From a virus (lineage: Duplodnaviria > Caudoviricetes): a DNA stretch of 64,000 bases. The notes under the pieces are model-generated. The model did not search any database. It saw nothing but the letters and a program-made list of their open reading frames with translations, and had not been told where the DNA came from. The position numbers and the translations under genes were made by a program. Position 1 is the first letter of the stretch. Every line of letters starts with the position of its first letter. Below, in pieces: positions 1-8,082 of the stretch. The DNA lies in IMG/VR virus record IMGVR_UViG_2933632641_000001, positions 5,513 to 69,512 of that record; one strand, 5' to 3'.

Positions 1-1
1 C

Positions 2-238
2 ACCAACGACCTGCCTACCGTGCGTGCAGCGCGAGCTGCTGGCGCCCGCCGCACCCTCCCCGCCGCGCGACAAGCTCGCAGCGCCGCCCTCGAAGCCGCA
101 GTGCAGGCGGCCGGGTTCGAGTCGATGGCAGCAGCGATCGACTCGACGCGACACCTGTCGAACCGGGCGGCAGCGGCGCGGATTGGCGTTGGCCCGAGCA
201 CCGTCAAGCGGTGGCGGCAGCGCGCACTGTCAGGTTGA
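2..238 (+). CDS. HTH DNA-binding protein, probably 5'-truncated by the window edge
   Basis: Frame is open to the left edge; C-terminal SNRAAAARIGVGPSTVKRWRQR is a helix-turn-helix. Confidence 0.55.
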   Translation, partial: TNDLPTVRAARAAGARRTLPAARQARSAALEAAVQAAGFESMAAAIDSTRHLSNRAAAARIGVGPSTVKRWRQRALSG

Positions 239-265
239 CCGGTAGCCGTATGGCGGCAGGGGCCC

Positions 266-302
266 GGAAACGAGAAGAGCCCCCACTTCGGAGGGTGGGG
301 GC
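266..302 (-). terminator. Intrinsic terminator closing the mini-array transcript
   Basis: Stem GCCCCCAC (279-286)/GTGGGGGC (295-302), followed on the minus strand by TCTTCTCGTTTCC. Confidence 0.7.
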
Positions 303-388
303 CGAACCCCCGCATCGGCGGGGAATCATCACTGCGTCCAGGACGCACGGGGCGTCTTATGGAACACCCCCGCATCGGCGGGGAGGCG
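301..388 (-). CRISPR. Type I-E-like mini-array: two repeats, one 31-32 nt spacer
   Basis: Identical 19-mer ACCCCCGCATCGGCGGGGA at 306-324 and 366-384 (period 60). On the minus strand repeat 1 reads CGCCT-CCCCGC-CGAT-GCGGGG-GTGTTCC, the I-E hairpin plus handle layout. Confidence 0.75.
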
Positions 389-391
389 CCC

Positions 392-400
392 ATCATGACA
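392..400 (-). promoter_or_regulatory. Candidate extended -10 promoter of the mini-array
   Basis: Minus strand TGT-CATGAT about 7 nt upstream of the first repeat hairpin. Confidence 0.45.
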
Positions 401-616
401 CGGCCGGAACATGTCGCGAGGGTGAACCTCGGAACGCGTGTCCGACCGGCCGTCCGGACCAGTACGAGGAGCCGGGCGAACTCTGAGCACGCGACGACCC
501 TCCCGTGGGGAGGCCGGGAGGGGCGCCGGCCCGGGATAGTCAGGTCCGGTGGCAGAACCGTAGACCCGCAGGCCCGGGTGACGATAGGCATATGACAGCG
601 GGATTTTCGGAGACGC

Positions 617-650
617 GAAGAGCCCCCACCCCTGCCGGGTGGGGGCTTTC
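617..650. terminator. Bidirectional terminator-like hairpin
   Basis: AGCCCCCACCC (621-631)/GGGTGGGGGCT (637-647) with flanking AAG/TTTC, downstream of ORF 683-940. Confidence 0.7.
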
Positions 651-682
651 GGTGGCCTGCGGCGCCGACAGGCGTCGGGCAG

Positions 683-940
683 TTAGAGAGGCTCGGACGG
701 GTCGATCAAGGCTGCTGCGACCTCCGGCCACGCTGCGCCATTGAGGGCGCCCTTGTGGGTTCGGATCCGATGAGCCAAGCGCACGGCAATGTCCCGCTCA
801 TGCAGATCGAGCATCAGCGTCACGGCCGCATGCACGGCTGGCGGTACTCCGGTCTCCTTGAACGCCACCGTGGCCATCTCGTAGAGGTTCTCGCGCGCAG
901 TCGGCATCATGCCCTCCAGGCTTCGGGTCGAGTAGCGCAT
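683..940 (-). CDS. Hypothetical protein (85 aa)
   Basis: ATG with AAGGGAAG RBS, follows the HTH gene, ends before a terminator. Confidence 0.65.
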   Translation of the reverse strand: MRYSTRSLEGMMPTARENLYEMATVAFKETGVPPAVHAAVTLMLDLHERDIAVRLAHRIRTHKGALNGAAWPEVAAALIDPSEPL

Positions 941-952
941 AACGTTCTTCCC

Positions 953-1252
953 TTAAGCGCCAGGATTTGGCGCCTCTTCCGGCGCTTCGGTGGCCGCCCG
1001 CCGACCAGTCGTCCGACCTTCGGCGATCTGCTGTGCGCGGGCGCGACTGGTCCCGATCACCTTGCCTACTTCGGCGTGACTCAGGCCGTCGGCCCGCAAC
1101 TCCAGTACGGCATCCTGCCGCAACTGCCGCAGCCACTTCTGTAGCTCGGGAACGGCGTTGAGTGCGGCCCCGACCTCCTTGGCGCGCTCGCCAGGGTCCT
1201 CGTTGTCCGCTAGATGCTTTAGGGCCTCGAAGGGCGCCGGGGGCGTCGTCAT
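953..1252 (-). CDS. HTH transcriptional regulator, likely leaderless
   Basis: GLSHAEVGKVIGTSRARAQQI HTH; TACGCT -10 box 7 nt upstream of the ATG. Confidence 0.8.
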   Translation of the reverse strand: MTTPPAPFEALKHLADNEDPGERAKEVGAALNAVPELQKWLRQLRQDAVLELRADGLSHAEVGKVIGTSRARAQQIAEGRTTGRRAATEAPEEAPNPGA

Positions 1253-1259
1253 GGAATGA

Positions 1260-1304
1260 AGCGTAAGGGGTAGGGTTGCACATGTAAGGGCTACCCCCTA
1301 CGCT
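1260..1304. promoter_or_regulatory. Divergent promoters with inverted-repeat operator
   Basis: TTGCAC (1276-1281)-17 bp-TACGCT (1299-1304) on plus; AGCGTAAGGGGTAG (1260-1273)/CTACCCCCTACGCT (1291-1304) is a 13/14 inverted repeat containing both -10 boxes. Confidence 0.7.
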
Positions 1305-1337
1305 AAAGGTGTCGAGATACCCACCAAGGGAGTTCAG

Positions 1338-1919
1338 ATGCCTCGCCCGATCAGCTGGCCGACCCGGGAAGAGTGGCAGGCGAAAGCCGAGCAGTCCGAG
1401 CGCACCAGCTGCTTCGCTCGCGAACGAGTCAGCTCCGACCCGGCCGAGTGGCTGGGGACAGACCAGATCGCCGAAGGGCGAGTAGCCGCGGCCAAGCTCG
1501 TCCGTGCCACACGGATTGCGCTCGGCAAGGCCGGCCTTGCTGGAGAGCGCTCCAGCCTCAATCAGTGGTACCGGGACGCGGCCGACGAGGGCGCCACTGT
1601 CGACGACCTCGCCTCCGGCTGGTTCCACGTAACGCGCTATGCCCGCATGGTCCAGGTCATGCCGGAAGCTGCCGACCGACTGGCCGTTCTTGGCGAGGCC
1701 CTGCGTACTGCGCGGGACGCGGCGGCGGAGGCAGTCGAGGAAAAGGCCGTGGCCACGGCCGTGGCCACGCGAGCCAGCGACGAGGGGTGGGCGAAGGAGC
1801 TGGAGCGCCGGGCCCGGGTTGAGCGTGGCCCTCAGGTCACCACCATCACGGTCCACCAGGACGGCAGCAGCACCGTCAGCGCACCGGTCCCGTTCCAGCC
1901 CCCGTGGCCCAGCTACTAA
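1338..1919 (+). CDS. Hypothetical helical protein (193 aa)
   Basis: AAGGGAG RBS, first gene after the promoter, coupled to the methyltransferase gene. Confidence 0.75.
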   Translation: MPRPISWPTREEWQAKAEQSERTSCFARERVSSDPAEWLGTDQIAEGRVAAAKLVRATRIALGKAGLAGERSSLNQWYRDAADEGATVDDLASGWFHVTRYARMVQVMPEAADRLAVLGEALRTARDAAAEAVEEKAVATAVATRASDEGWAKELERRARVERGPQVTTITVHQDGSSTVSAPVPFQPPWPSY

Positions 1920-1922
1920 GGA

Positions 1923-2936
1923 GTGATGGTGAGGGTTCCCGCTGACGTTCTCGAAGCCCTAGCCCAGGCCCACACCGACGGAGCTCGCCTCGTGCTCACG
2001 GGCCCACGCATGAACCCGCCGCTGTACCAGCGTGTGAACGAGGTCCTCGAAGCCGTGGGCGGGCACTGGACCAAGTCGGCCGAGGCGCACCTGTTTCCCG
2101 CTGACGCCGCCTGCGCGATAGCCCCCGTCCTCGCCTCCGGGCAGGTCGTGACGCTAAGGGAGAAGCGGCAGGACGCCCAGTACTTCCCGACCCCGGCGGC
2201 CGTCGTGAAGCGTCTAGTTGAGCTGGCCGCCGTCGCGCCGGGCATGCACGTACTGGAGCCTTCGGCCGGCTCGGGCGCAGTCGCGTCCGCAGCGGCTGCG
2301 GCCGGTGCTGTGGTCGACTGTATCGAGCGCGACCCTGGATACGCAGCCGCACTCACCGAGGCCGGGACCGCTCGCACTATCCGAGTCGCCGACTTCCTCA
2401 CCGCCACCCCGGAACCACTCTATGACCGAGTCCTGATGAACCCGCCCTTCACCAAGGGCGCCGACATGGCCCACGTCCAACACGCACTCCGGTTCCTCAA
2501 GCCGACCGGCCTGCTCGTGGCAGTCATGTCGTGCGCGGTGACTCACGATTCCCGCGGCACGGCCGAGTTCCGGGCCCTCGTGGAGCAGAGGGGCGGTGCA
2601 GTCGAAGCGGTACCCGAGAAGGCGTTCGCCTCGTCCGGCACCAACGTCGACACCGTCATCGTCACCATCCCCGCCACCCGACCGACCGATGCTCAGCCCG
2701 CCGTCTGGCCAACCCGTGAAGTGCCAGAACAGGCGATGGCGGAGTTCCGCGATCCCGCAGAGATTGCCCGGGAAATCGCAGACAGTCTCTGCGAGGCGAT
2801 GCAGCTCATGGACAAGGTCGCGCGTGATCTCGCAAAGCCGAACCGCATCGCCACCCCCGTCAGGCCCGTCGCCGATCTGCCTCTGTGGTCAGGCGGCGAG
2901 CAACTCGCCTTCATTGACCTAGGAGAAGCCTCGTGA
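1923..2936 (+). CDS. SAM-dependent amino (N6-adenine-type) DNA methyltransferase
   Basis: QYFPTP, VLEPSAGSG (motif I), DFL and MNPPF (motif IV). Confidence 0.85.
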   Translation: MMVRVPADVLEALAQAHTDGARLVLTGPRMNPPLYQRVNEVLEAVGGHWTKSAEAHLFPADAACAIAPVLASGQVVTLREKRQDAQYFPTPAAVVKRLVELAAVAPGMHVLEPSAGSGAVASAAAAAGAVVDCIERDPGYAAALTEAGTARTIRVADFLTATPEPLYDRVLMNPPFTKGADMAHVQHALRFLKPTGLLVAVMSCAVTHDSRGTAEFRALVEQRGGAVEAVPEKAFASSGTNVDTVIVTIPATRPTDAQPAVWPTREVPEQAMAEFRDPAEIAREIADSLCEAMQLMDKVARDLAKPNRIATPVRPVADLPLWSGGEQLAFIDLGEAS

Positions 2937-3160
2937 CCAGGGAAGGAAGCATCGTGCCCGATCTTTACATCGGCCAGCGAGTGGGAACCATCACAGATGC
3001 GCCCGCCGCATGGCCTGGCGCCTTCTCGGCGCCTGCGGGAAGCATAGGCACCATCGTTGGGGGGATCGACGCATTCGGCTGCTTTGGGGTAGTCCTGGAT
3101 GGCGACCCTGACGCCCTGCCCGCCTCCTATCACCCCGATGAACTGCGTGCCCGCCCGTGA
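2933..3160 (+). CDS. Small hypothetical protein
   Basis: GTGA overlap with the methyltransferase gene, AGGAG RBS. Confidence 0.6.
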   Translation: MTREGSIVPDLYIGQRVGTITDAPAAWPGAFSAPAGSIGTIVGGIDAFGCFGVVLDGDPDALPASYHPDELRARP

Positions 3161-3284
3161 CCAGACTCCCCACATCCCATGCCGGGCAGCCCCTCGCGCT
3201 GCCCGGCTCGGACCTGTTCGAGACGGTCCGCCGTAAGCTCATCGACGACCTCGGCCCCACCCGCGCGGGTGGGGCCTTGTCGTG

Positions 3285-4334
3285 CTAGGCGCGGGTGTCT
3301 CGCGGCAGGAGGGGATTGTTGCGTCGCTTGTCTGCTGGGCGAACGTAGGCGAGCACCTGGGTGGAGTTCTTGCTCCACCTTCCGTGCTCTGCAATGAACG
3401 GCACCGGCACGCCTCTCTCAGCAGCGTCCGTTGGGCCTCCCGCGCGAAGTCCGTGTGCGGTCGTCCGCTCCGCATCCGTCAGGTTCGCAGCCTTGGCCAG
3501 CTTCTTAACGATCTCTCCAACAGCGGCAGCGGATAGACCCTTGCCTACTGCACCCCGCGAGTGGATGGCCCGGAGTAGCGGTCCGCTCGTGATGCCGAAC
3601 TCCGCCAGCCCTTCGACGTAGGAGGTCACGATGCGACCGGCGTCGATGTCCGGGGCGAGGGCTCGCGGAACATCGACGTCCTCGCCTTTGGCATTGGTGT
3701 CGGTCTTGGACATGGGGATGAAGACGCTGACCCAGTCCTCGGAGACCGTGAGCTGGCTGAGCTGGATGGCGGCGAGTTCGGACCGGCGGCCCATTAGCCC
3801 GTAGCCGAGCACGAGAATTGCAGCGTCCCTGCGACCGCTGAGCGAGTTCCGATCGCACTGCGCCAGGAGTAGGCGCAAGACGTCGAGGGTGACAGCCTTC
3901 GCGCGGCGCGGTCGCCAGCCGGCCTTGGCACGGTCCTGGCGGTGGACCTTGATGAGCTCTCGTGCGGCACGGGTGCCTGGCTGTCCCTCGAAGCCTGCAC
4001 GGAAGTGGGCAGTGCGGATCGCAGAGAGGGCTTGGTCGAGGCTGTTGGGCGAGTAGGGCTGGCCGGTTGTGGCGGAGGTGGACCGCATCAGGTGCCCGAT
4101 GAATTCGGCGACGGTCTGGCTGGTCATGGGAAGCGGGGTGCGCTGCTCGACCTCGCACCAGGCGAGCGCCATCTTCCACCAACGCTTGTACGCACGGTCG
4201 GTGTTGTCGGCGATGGAGCGGTTGAGGTCGGCGATGGTCTCGCCTGAGAGGTGTTCGTCGTTGGTGCGCGGTGCGGGCAGGTCGGTGACGATCTCGGCAA
4301 CGTGTACCGGTTCGAGCTCACTCCCCACGTTCAT
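3285..4334 (-). CDS. Cre/TnpS-like tyrosine recombinase
   Basis: N-terminal NTDRAY SAM-like domain; catalytic residues R (GRRSEL), K (SKTD), HxxR (HGLR), W (HGRW), Y (AYVR); AAAGGAGG RBS. Confidence 0.9.
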   Translation of the reverse strand: MNVGSELEPVHVAEIVTDLPAPRTNDEHLSGETIADLNRSIADNTDRAYKRWWKMALAWCEVEQRTPLPMTSQTVAEFIGHLMRSTSATTGQPYSPNSLDQALSAIRTAHFRAGFEGQPGTRAARELIKVHRQDRAKAGWRPRRAKAVTLDVLRLLLAQCDRNSLSGRRDAAILVLGYGLMGRRSELAAIQLSQLTVSEDWVSVFIPMSKTDTNAKGEDVDVPRALAPDIDAGRIVTSYVEGLAEFGITSGPLLRAIHSRGAVGKGLSAAAVGEIVKKLAKAANLTDAERTTAHGLRAGGPTDAAERGVPVPFIAEHGRWSKNSTQVLAYVRPADKRRNNPLLPRDTRA

Positions 4335-4374
4335 CCTCCTTTGAGGCGGTATGTGACTAGAACTAGCGTACCGC

Positions 4375-4404
4375 TCAAGGGCCTTGATACGTGGGAGTTA
4401 TCGC
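4375..4404. promoter_or_regulatory. Candidate recombination (res/lox-like) site
   Basis: GATAC-7 bp-TTATC imperfect inverted repeat (4386-4402) overlapping palindrome TCAAGGGCCTTGA, directly upstream of the recombinase. Confidence 0.4.
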
Positions 4405-4434
4405 GACTCAGCCCCCGCCAGGGCACAGCACAAC

Positions 4435-4458
4435 GCCCCCGCCCAGAAGGGCGGGGGC
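4435..4458 (-). terminator. Terminator of the late operon
   Basis: GCCCCCGCCC-AGAA-GGGCGGGGGC right after the last lysis-region gene. Confidence 0.7.
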
Positions 4459-4464
4459 TGCTGG

Positions 4465-4848
4465 CTACAGGTAGCGGACAGCCGCCACGTTGATGATCAG
4501 GTGGATGGTGTTGTCTGCAATGATCATTAGCCAGACCGCCAGCCACGGTGGCGTCTCGCTGGGGTATCCCGTCGCGGAGCACTCCGACCACGGGCGCCAG
4601 TGGCTACGAGGAGCCAGGAAGTTCTTCGCCCAGACGACATGCCGGGCGAGCCGGTAGTGGTCGATGACGGCGTGCGTGCCGACGATGACCGCGAGGGCTG
4701 CTGGCGACTGGGTGACGAGCAGGAACGGGAGTCCGTAGGTGAGCGCGTGCGCCCAGGCAGGCCACCAGCGCTTCGTCTTCTCGTTCGCCATCCAATGCGA
4801 CTGGATGAGGTAGTCGCCGACCAGGTGAGCCAACAGGGTGCCGATCAT
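4465..4848 (-). CDS. DUF3307-like membrane protein
   Basis: LLAHLVGDYLIQ...HA...H..IDH...DNTIH motifs; start moved to the coupled ATG at 4848. Confidence 0.8.
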   Translation of the reverse strand: MIGTLLAHLVGDYLIQSHWMANEKTKRWWPAWAHALTYGLPFLLVTQSPAALAVIVGTHAVIDHYRLARHVVWAKNFLAPRSHWRPWSECSATGYPSETPPWLAVWLMIIADNTIHLIINVAAVRYL

Positions 4849-5210
4849 CAGACTCCAGTTCGGTTGTACTCGGTGATCCTCTCCGGGGGCGCGGGCGGCT
4901 CGATGCCTGCCTGACTCATCTGCGTGGTGAGGTCCCCGACGTAGAAGACAAAGGCTCTGACGAGCGACCGAAGGGACCGCACTTCTTCGCGAGTCTCGGC
5001 GAGGTCTTGCCGCTGCTTCTCGCGGATCTCCTTGAACGCTTCGAGGTCTGCGGTCCGCTGGGCTGGCTCGCTCTGTACGACGGCCGCCACCTCCGTGGCC
5101 CGCGCCGACGCCGCTGCCGCCGCCCGCGACGACCGCGCCGTGAACACAACACCGAGCAGTGTCAGCACCGCGCCGCTGACCGTCGCTACCGCAGCCCACA
5201 CGTCGCTCAT
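4848..5210 (-). CDS. Lysis-cassette membrane protein (TM plus coiled coil)
   Basis: N-terminal hydrophobic helix then heptads; downstream of the holin. Confidence 0.75.
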   Translation of the reverse strand: MSDVWAAVATVSGAVLTLLGVVFTARSSRAAAAASARATEVAAVVQSEPAQRTADLEAFKEIREKQRQDLAETREEVRSLRSLVRAFVFYVGDLTTQMSQAGIEPPAPPERITEYNRTGV

Positions 5211-5629
5211 CCGCCCTCAGCTCTCCGGCCGCGCGGAAGCTTGGGCACGGAGTGCTCGGGCACCGTCGCGGCCCACAGGATCACCCCCACGTGGGAGGTG
5301 AGGTACCAGATCGCGACCCATGTGCCGCGGGGGTAATCGCCACCTATGGCGGCGGCGAGGTATGCGATCGCCCACACTGACGGCGGCACCAGTGCGGCGG
5401 CGAATCCGTATCGATCGCGTCCCACCTTGAGGAACGCGCTGGTGAACGTGACGACCCCTGCGGCGATCCAGATCCACGCCCAATGGCACAGGCCGGGCGT
5501 GGGCGGCAGCAGGGGCGGGTGCACGTAGAAGGAGATCCCCCAGCAGGTCTTACCGACGCCGAGGATGGCGAGGAACGTGCCGCGGCGGCCCAGCATGCGG
5601 TGGAGCCGCCGGGCTGCACGGCACCTCAC
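5207..5629 (-). CDS. Multi-pass membrane protein of the lysis cassette
   Basis: About four hydrophobic segments; start/stop overlaps with neighbours. Confidence 0.75.
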   Translation of the reverse strand: MRCRAARRLHRMLGRRGTFLAILGVGKTCWGISFYVHPPLLPPTPGLCHWAWIWIAAGVVTFTSAFLKVGRDRYGFAAALVPPSVWAIAYLAAAIGGDYPRGTWVAIWYLTSHVGVILWAATVPEHSVPKLPRGRRAEGG

Positions 5630-6010
5630 CTACACGCCTGTGAGCGGGGCGGGCTTGACGAGGCTCGACCGCTCGAGGGCCGTGCTGGATACGGGCGCGG
5701 TGATCTGCGTCCGCTCCCACAGGGCCAGCGCCGCGGCGATAGCGGCCATGACGTAGGCCTGCCTGTCGGCGGACCAGTGCAGGCCAAGGCCGACGAAGAG
5801 GGACATGACAGCCTGCGCGAGCTGCATGAGAGCGGCGGCCCAGGCTCCGTCCCGAGCCATGACGGCGAGGATGAGGCCGACGATCGAGGCTGCCACCACG
5901 TTGATGGCGGTCTGGGTGCCGGCGCTCACGTCGAACTGGTAGCCGAGGAGCTTCACCAGTGCGGCGACGAAGCCCAAGATGAGAGCCGGTTCACGGCCGA
6001 AGATCTTCAT
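5630..6010 (-). CDS. Holin-like membrane protein
   Basis: MKIFGREPALIL N-terminus, multiple TM helices, RTQITAP tail; follows the endolysin. Confidence 0.75.
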   Translation of the reverse strand: MKIFGREPALILGFVAALVKLLGYQFDVSAGTQTAINVVAASIVGLILAVMARDGAWAAALMQLAQAVMSLFVGLGLHWSADRQAYVMAAIAAALALWERTQITAPVSSTALERSSLVKPAPLTGV

Positions 6011-6062
6011 GGTGGTCCGTTTCTGGGTGGGGTGAATGGCGAGGTACGGGGGTCGGTACGGG

Positions 6063-6923
6063 TCAGGCGCCTGACGGCTTCGCGACGACGGAGACCTCGA
6101 CCTTGAGCGTGCCGTCCACGAGGGCCTGCTTGATCTCCTCCGGGGTGAGGGCAGCCGCGTGGATCGCATTGATCGTCTGGACCTGGAAGACGTCCTGCCA
6201 GACGAGCCACCAATACGCAGCCTTGGACGTACCCGCGCGGGATCCGTCCGCGTTCAGGTTCGGCAACTGGTAGTTCCAGACGGCCGCCGCGACGGCCTGA
6301 ATGTCCTCGGGGGTCACGATGTCCTCCTGGGGGTTGGGTGAGGCGAAGCTGCGAGCCCAGGCGCGGAGCTCGGCCGTGCTGTTGAGCGGGCAGAAGTCCG
6401 TATCGATCGGACTATCCGTGTACTGGTGGAACATCCACGAGGCCTTGATGCCGGGGTCCCCGGCCTTGCGTCCCGCGGTGGCGATCCACAGGAAGTCACC
6501 GCAGTAGCCGCCCTGGTCGACGTTGCGCCAGTAGTCGGTGTTGCAGTACATGCCGACGGGGTTGCGCGGGAGCTTCGCCTTGACGTAGCGGAGCCACTGT
6601 TCCTTGTAGGCGAGCTGCCTTGCCTTACTGACGCCCGCGTTGGCCTCGTCGTAGCCCTCCCAGTCGAGGATGACGACGTCGCCGGGCTGCCAGGCCACCT
6701 GATTGAGGAAGTAGTCGGCTTCGGCTTTGGCGTCGTTGCCCATGTGGGGGTAGTGGTAGGCGCCCCAGACCAGCCCGTTTGCCTTGGCGTGGTTCCGCTG
6801 GCTGACCCACTTGGGGTTGATGTAGCTCAGGCCTTCGGTGATCTTGACGAAGGCGAAGGACAGGCCAGCCGTGCTGGGTGTGCTGCTCTGGTAGGAGGCC
6901 CAGTCCTGTCCGAGGATGCCCAT
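6063..6923 (-). CDS. Endolysin, GH25 muramidase
   Basis: GQDWASYQ, FAFVKITEG, GAYHY, LDWE and HQY motifs; start at MGILGQD. Confidence 0.9.
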   Translation of the reverse strand: MGILGQDWASYQSSTPSTAGLSFAFVKITEGLSYINPKWVSQRNHAKANGLVWGAYHYPHMGNDAKAEADYFLNQVAWQPGDVVILDWEGYDEANAGVSKARQLAYKEQWLRYVKAKLPRNPVGMYCNTDYWRNVDQGGYCGDFLWIATAGRKAGDPGIKASWMFHQYTDSPIDTDFCPLNSTAELRAWARSFASPNPQEDIVTPEDIQAVAAAVWNYQLPNLNADGSRAGTSKAAYWWLVWQDVFQVQTINAIHAAALTPEEIKQALVDGTLKVEVSVVAKPSGA

Positions 6924-6930
6924 CTGGGCC

Positions 6931-7746
6931 TCACTTTCTGGTGCGTATGGCCTGCCAGGCGCTGCCAAGCCGGCAGCGCTTCGGTGACGGCCGTTCGTGG
7001 ATGGTCCAGGTCGGGATCGTGACGTCGCCCTGTTGGGAGAGGAGCCACGCCAGGTCATCAGCGGTCAGGTAGCCGGACCCGTCGTGGCCCCACGACGACC
7101 CCCACGAGTTGGTGATCCAGTACTCGCCAGTGCCGTCGTACCGGTTCAGCTCGACCTCGTGGCCGCCGGCGACGCCGGAGGAGCGGTCGACAGTGATCCG
7201 ACCGTCCGCCGCAGGTTCGTACATGCTGTTCAGCCACGGAATCCCGATCATCACGGGCCCGGACTGCAGGGCGCTGGTGAGAGCCGCGAGCGCGAATGCA
7301 TGGCTGTAGCTGCTGGCCAGACCGAGTGCTTTCAGGGCCTTTGCGACGCCAAGGCCCGACGAGCCGGTGTCGGCGGGAGGGTACTGGCCGGGCACCGCGT
7401 CGAGGACCGTGGCCAGGGAGTACAGGGCGACCGCGAACGCCTCGTCGAGGGCGTGGTCTCCGGCTGTGAACCTGCCGTGCGAGGCGGCAGCCGCGGCCGG
7501 GGTGACGGTGACAGACGTTCGACCTTGCCGGACAGCCGAGTCCGTGCCGAGGAGGCCAACGCCGGCGTTGCCCGTGCACGCGCCGAGCTGTCCCTGGTCG
7601 AGAACGGGTATCCGCCGGGTCCAGGCCACCGGCGTGATGGCGGCCTTGGGGAGGACCCCGTGCGCGAAACCCAAGGACCGGGGATCGTGCTCAATGTGCC
7701 GCCCGAGCTGTGAGGCCTGGGCCGGCAGTAGTTCGATGTGGGTCAT
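6931..7746 (-). CDS. Papain-like (C1) cysteine peptidase
   Basis: DQGQLGAC (Gln/Cys), GGHEV (His), ITNSWG (Asn). Confidence 0.85.
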   Translation of the reverse strand: MTHIELLPAQASQLGRHIEHDPRSLGFAHGVLPKAAITPVAWTRRIPVLDQGQLGACTGNAGVGLLGTDSAVRQGRTSVTVTPAAAAASHGRFTAGDHALDEAFAVALYSLATVLDAVPGQYPPADTGSSGLGVAKALKALGLASSYSHAFALAALTSALQSGPVMIGIPWLNSMYEPAADGRITVDRSSGVAGGHEVELNRYDGTGEYWITNSWGSSWGHDGSGYLTADDLAWLLSQQGDVTIPTWTIHERPSPKRCRLGSAWQAIRTRK

Positions 7747-7791
7747 GCACCCTCCAGGGCAGCGCGAGCCGGGTCGGGCTCGGGGTGGGGG

Positions 7792-8082
7792 TTACCAGCC
7801 GGGCGGTAGGCGTTTCTTCGGCTTGGCGGGGTCGCCGGGGAAATCCGGCACGGGTTCCTGTTCCGGAGTGCAGTCGCAGGCGGCAGTCTTACCGGGGCCC
7901 GTGCATGAGGCCTGGTGGGTGAGTGCGGCCGCGGCGGGGGTGAGGGCGTGGTCGGCGCACGCGTAGACCGGAATGAACGCGGAGGTGTCGGGCGCACGCT
8001 CGACGAGGCGGCTCGCTTCGTCGGGGAAGGGGCGCCGCTTCCACTGGACAACGGCGGCCTGGCCGCACTTGCAGGTGATCAC
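7792..8082 (-). CDS. Small Cys/His-rich hypothetical protein
   Basis: GTGA overlap with the upstream gene; CKC, CADH, C...CDC. Confidence 0.6.
   Translation of the reverse strand: MITCKCGQAAVVQWKRRPFPDEASRLVERAPDTSAFIPVYACADHALTPAAAALTHQASCTGPGKTAACDCTPEQEPVPDFPGDPAKPKKRLPPGW

Noticed and set aside
241-450. Additional CRISPR repeats at 60-bp steps either side of the pair
   Set aside because: Positions 241-268 and 421-448 lack the hairpin, so there are only two repeats.
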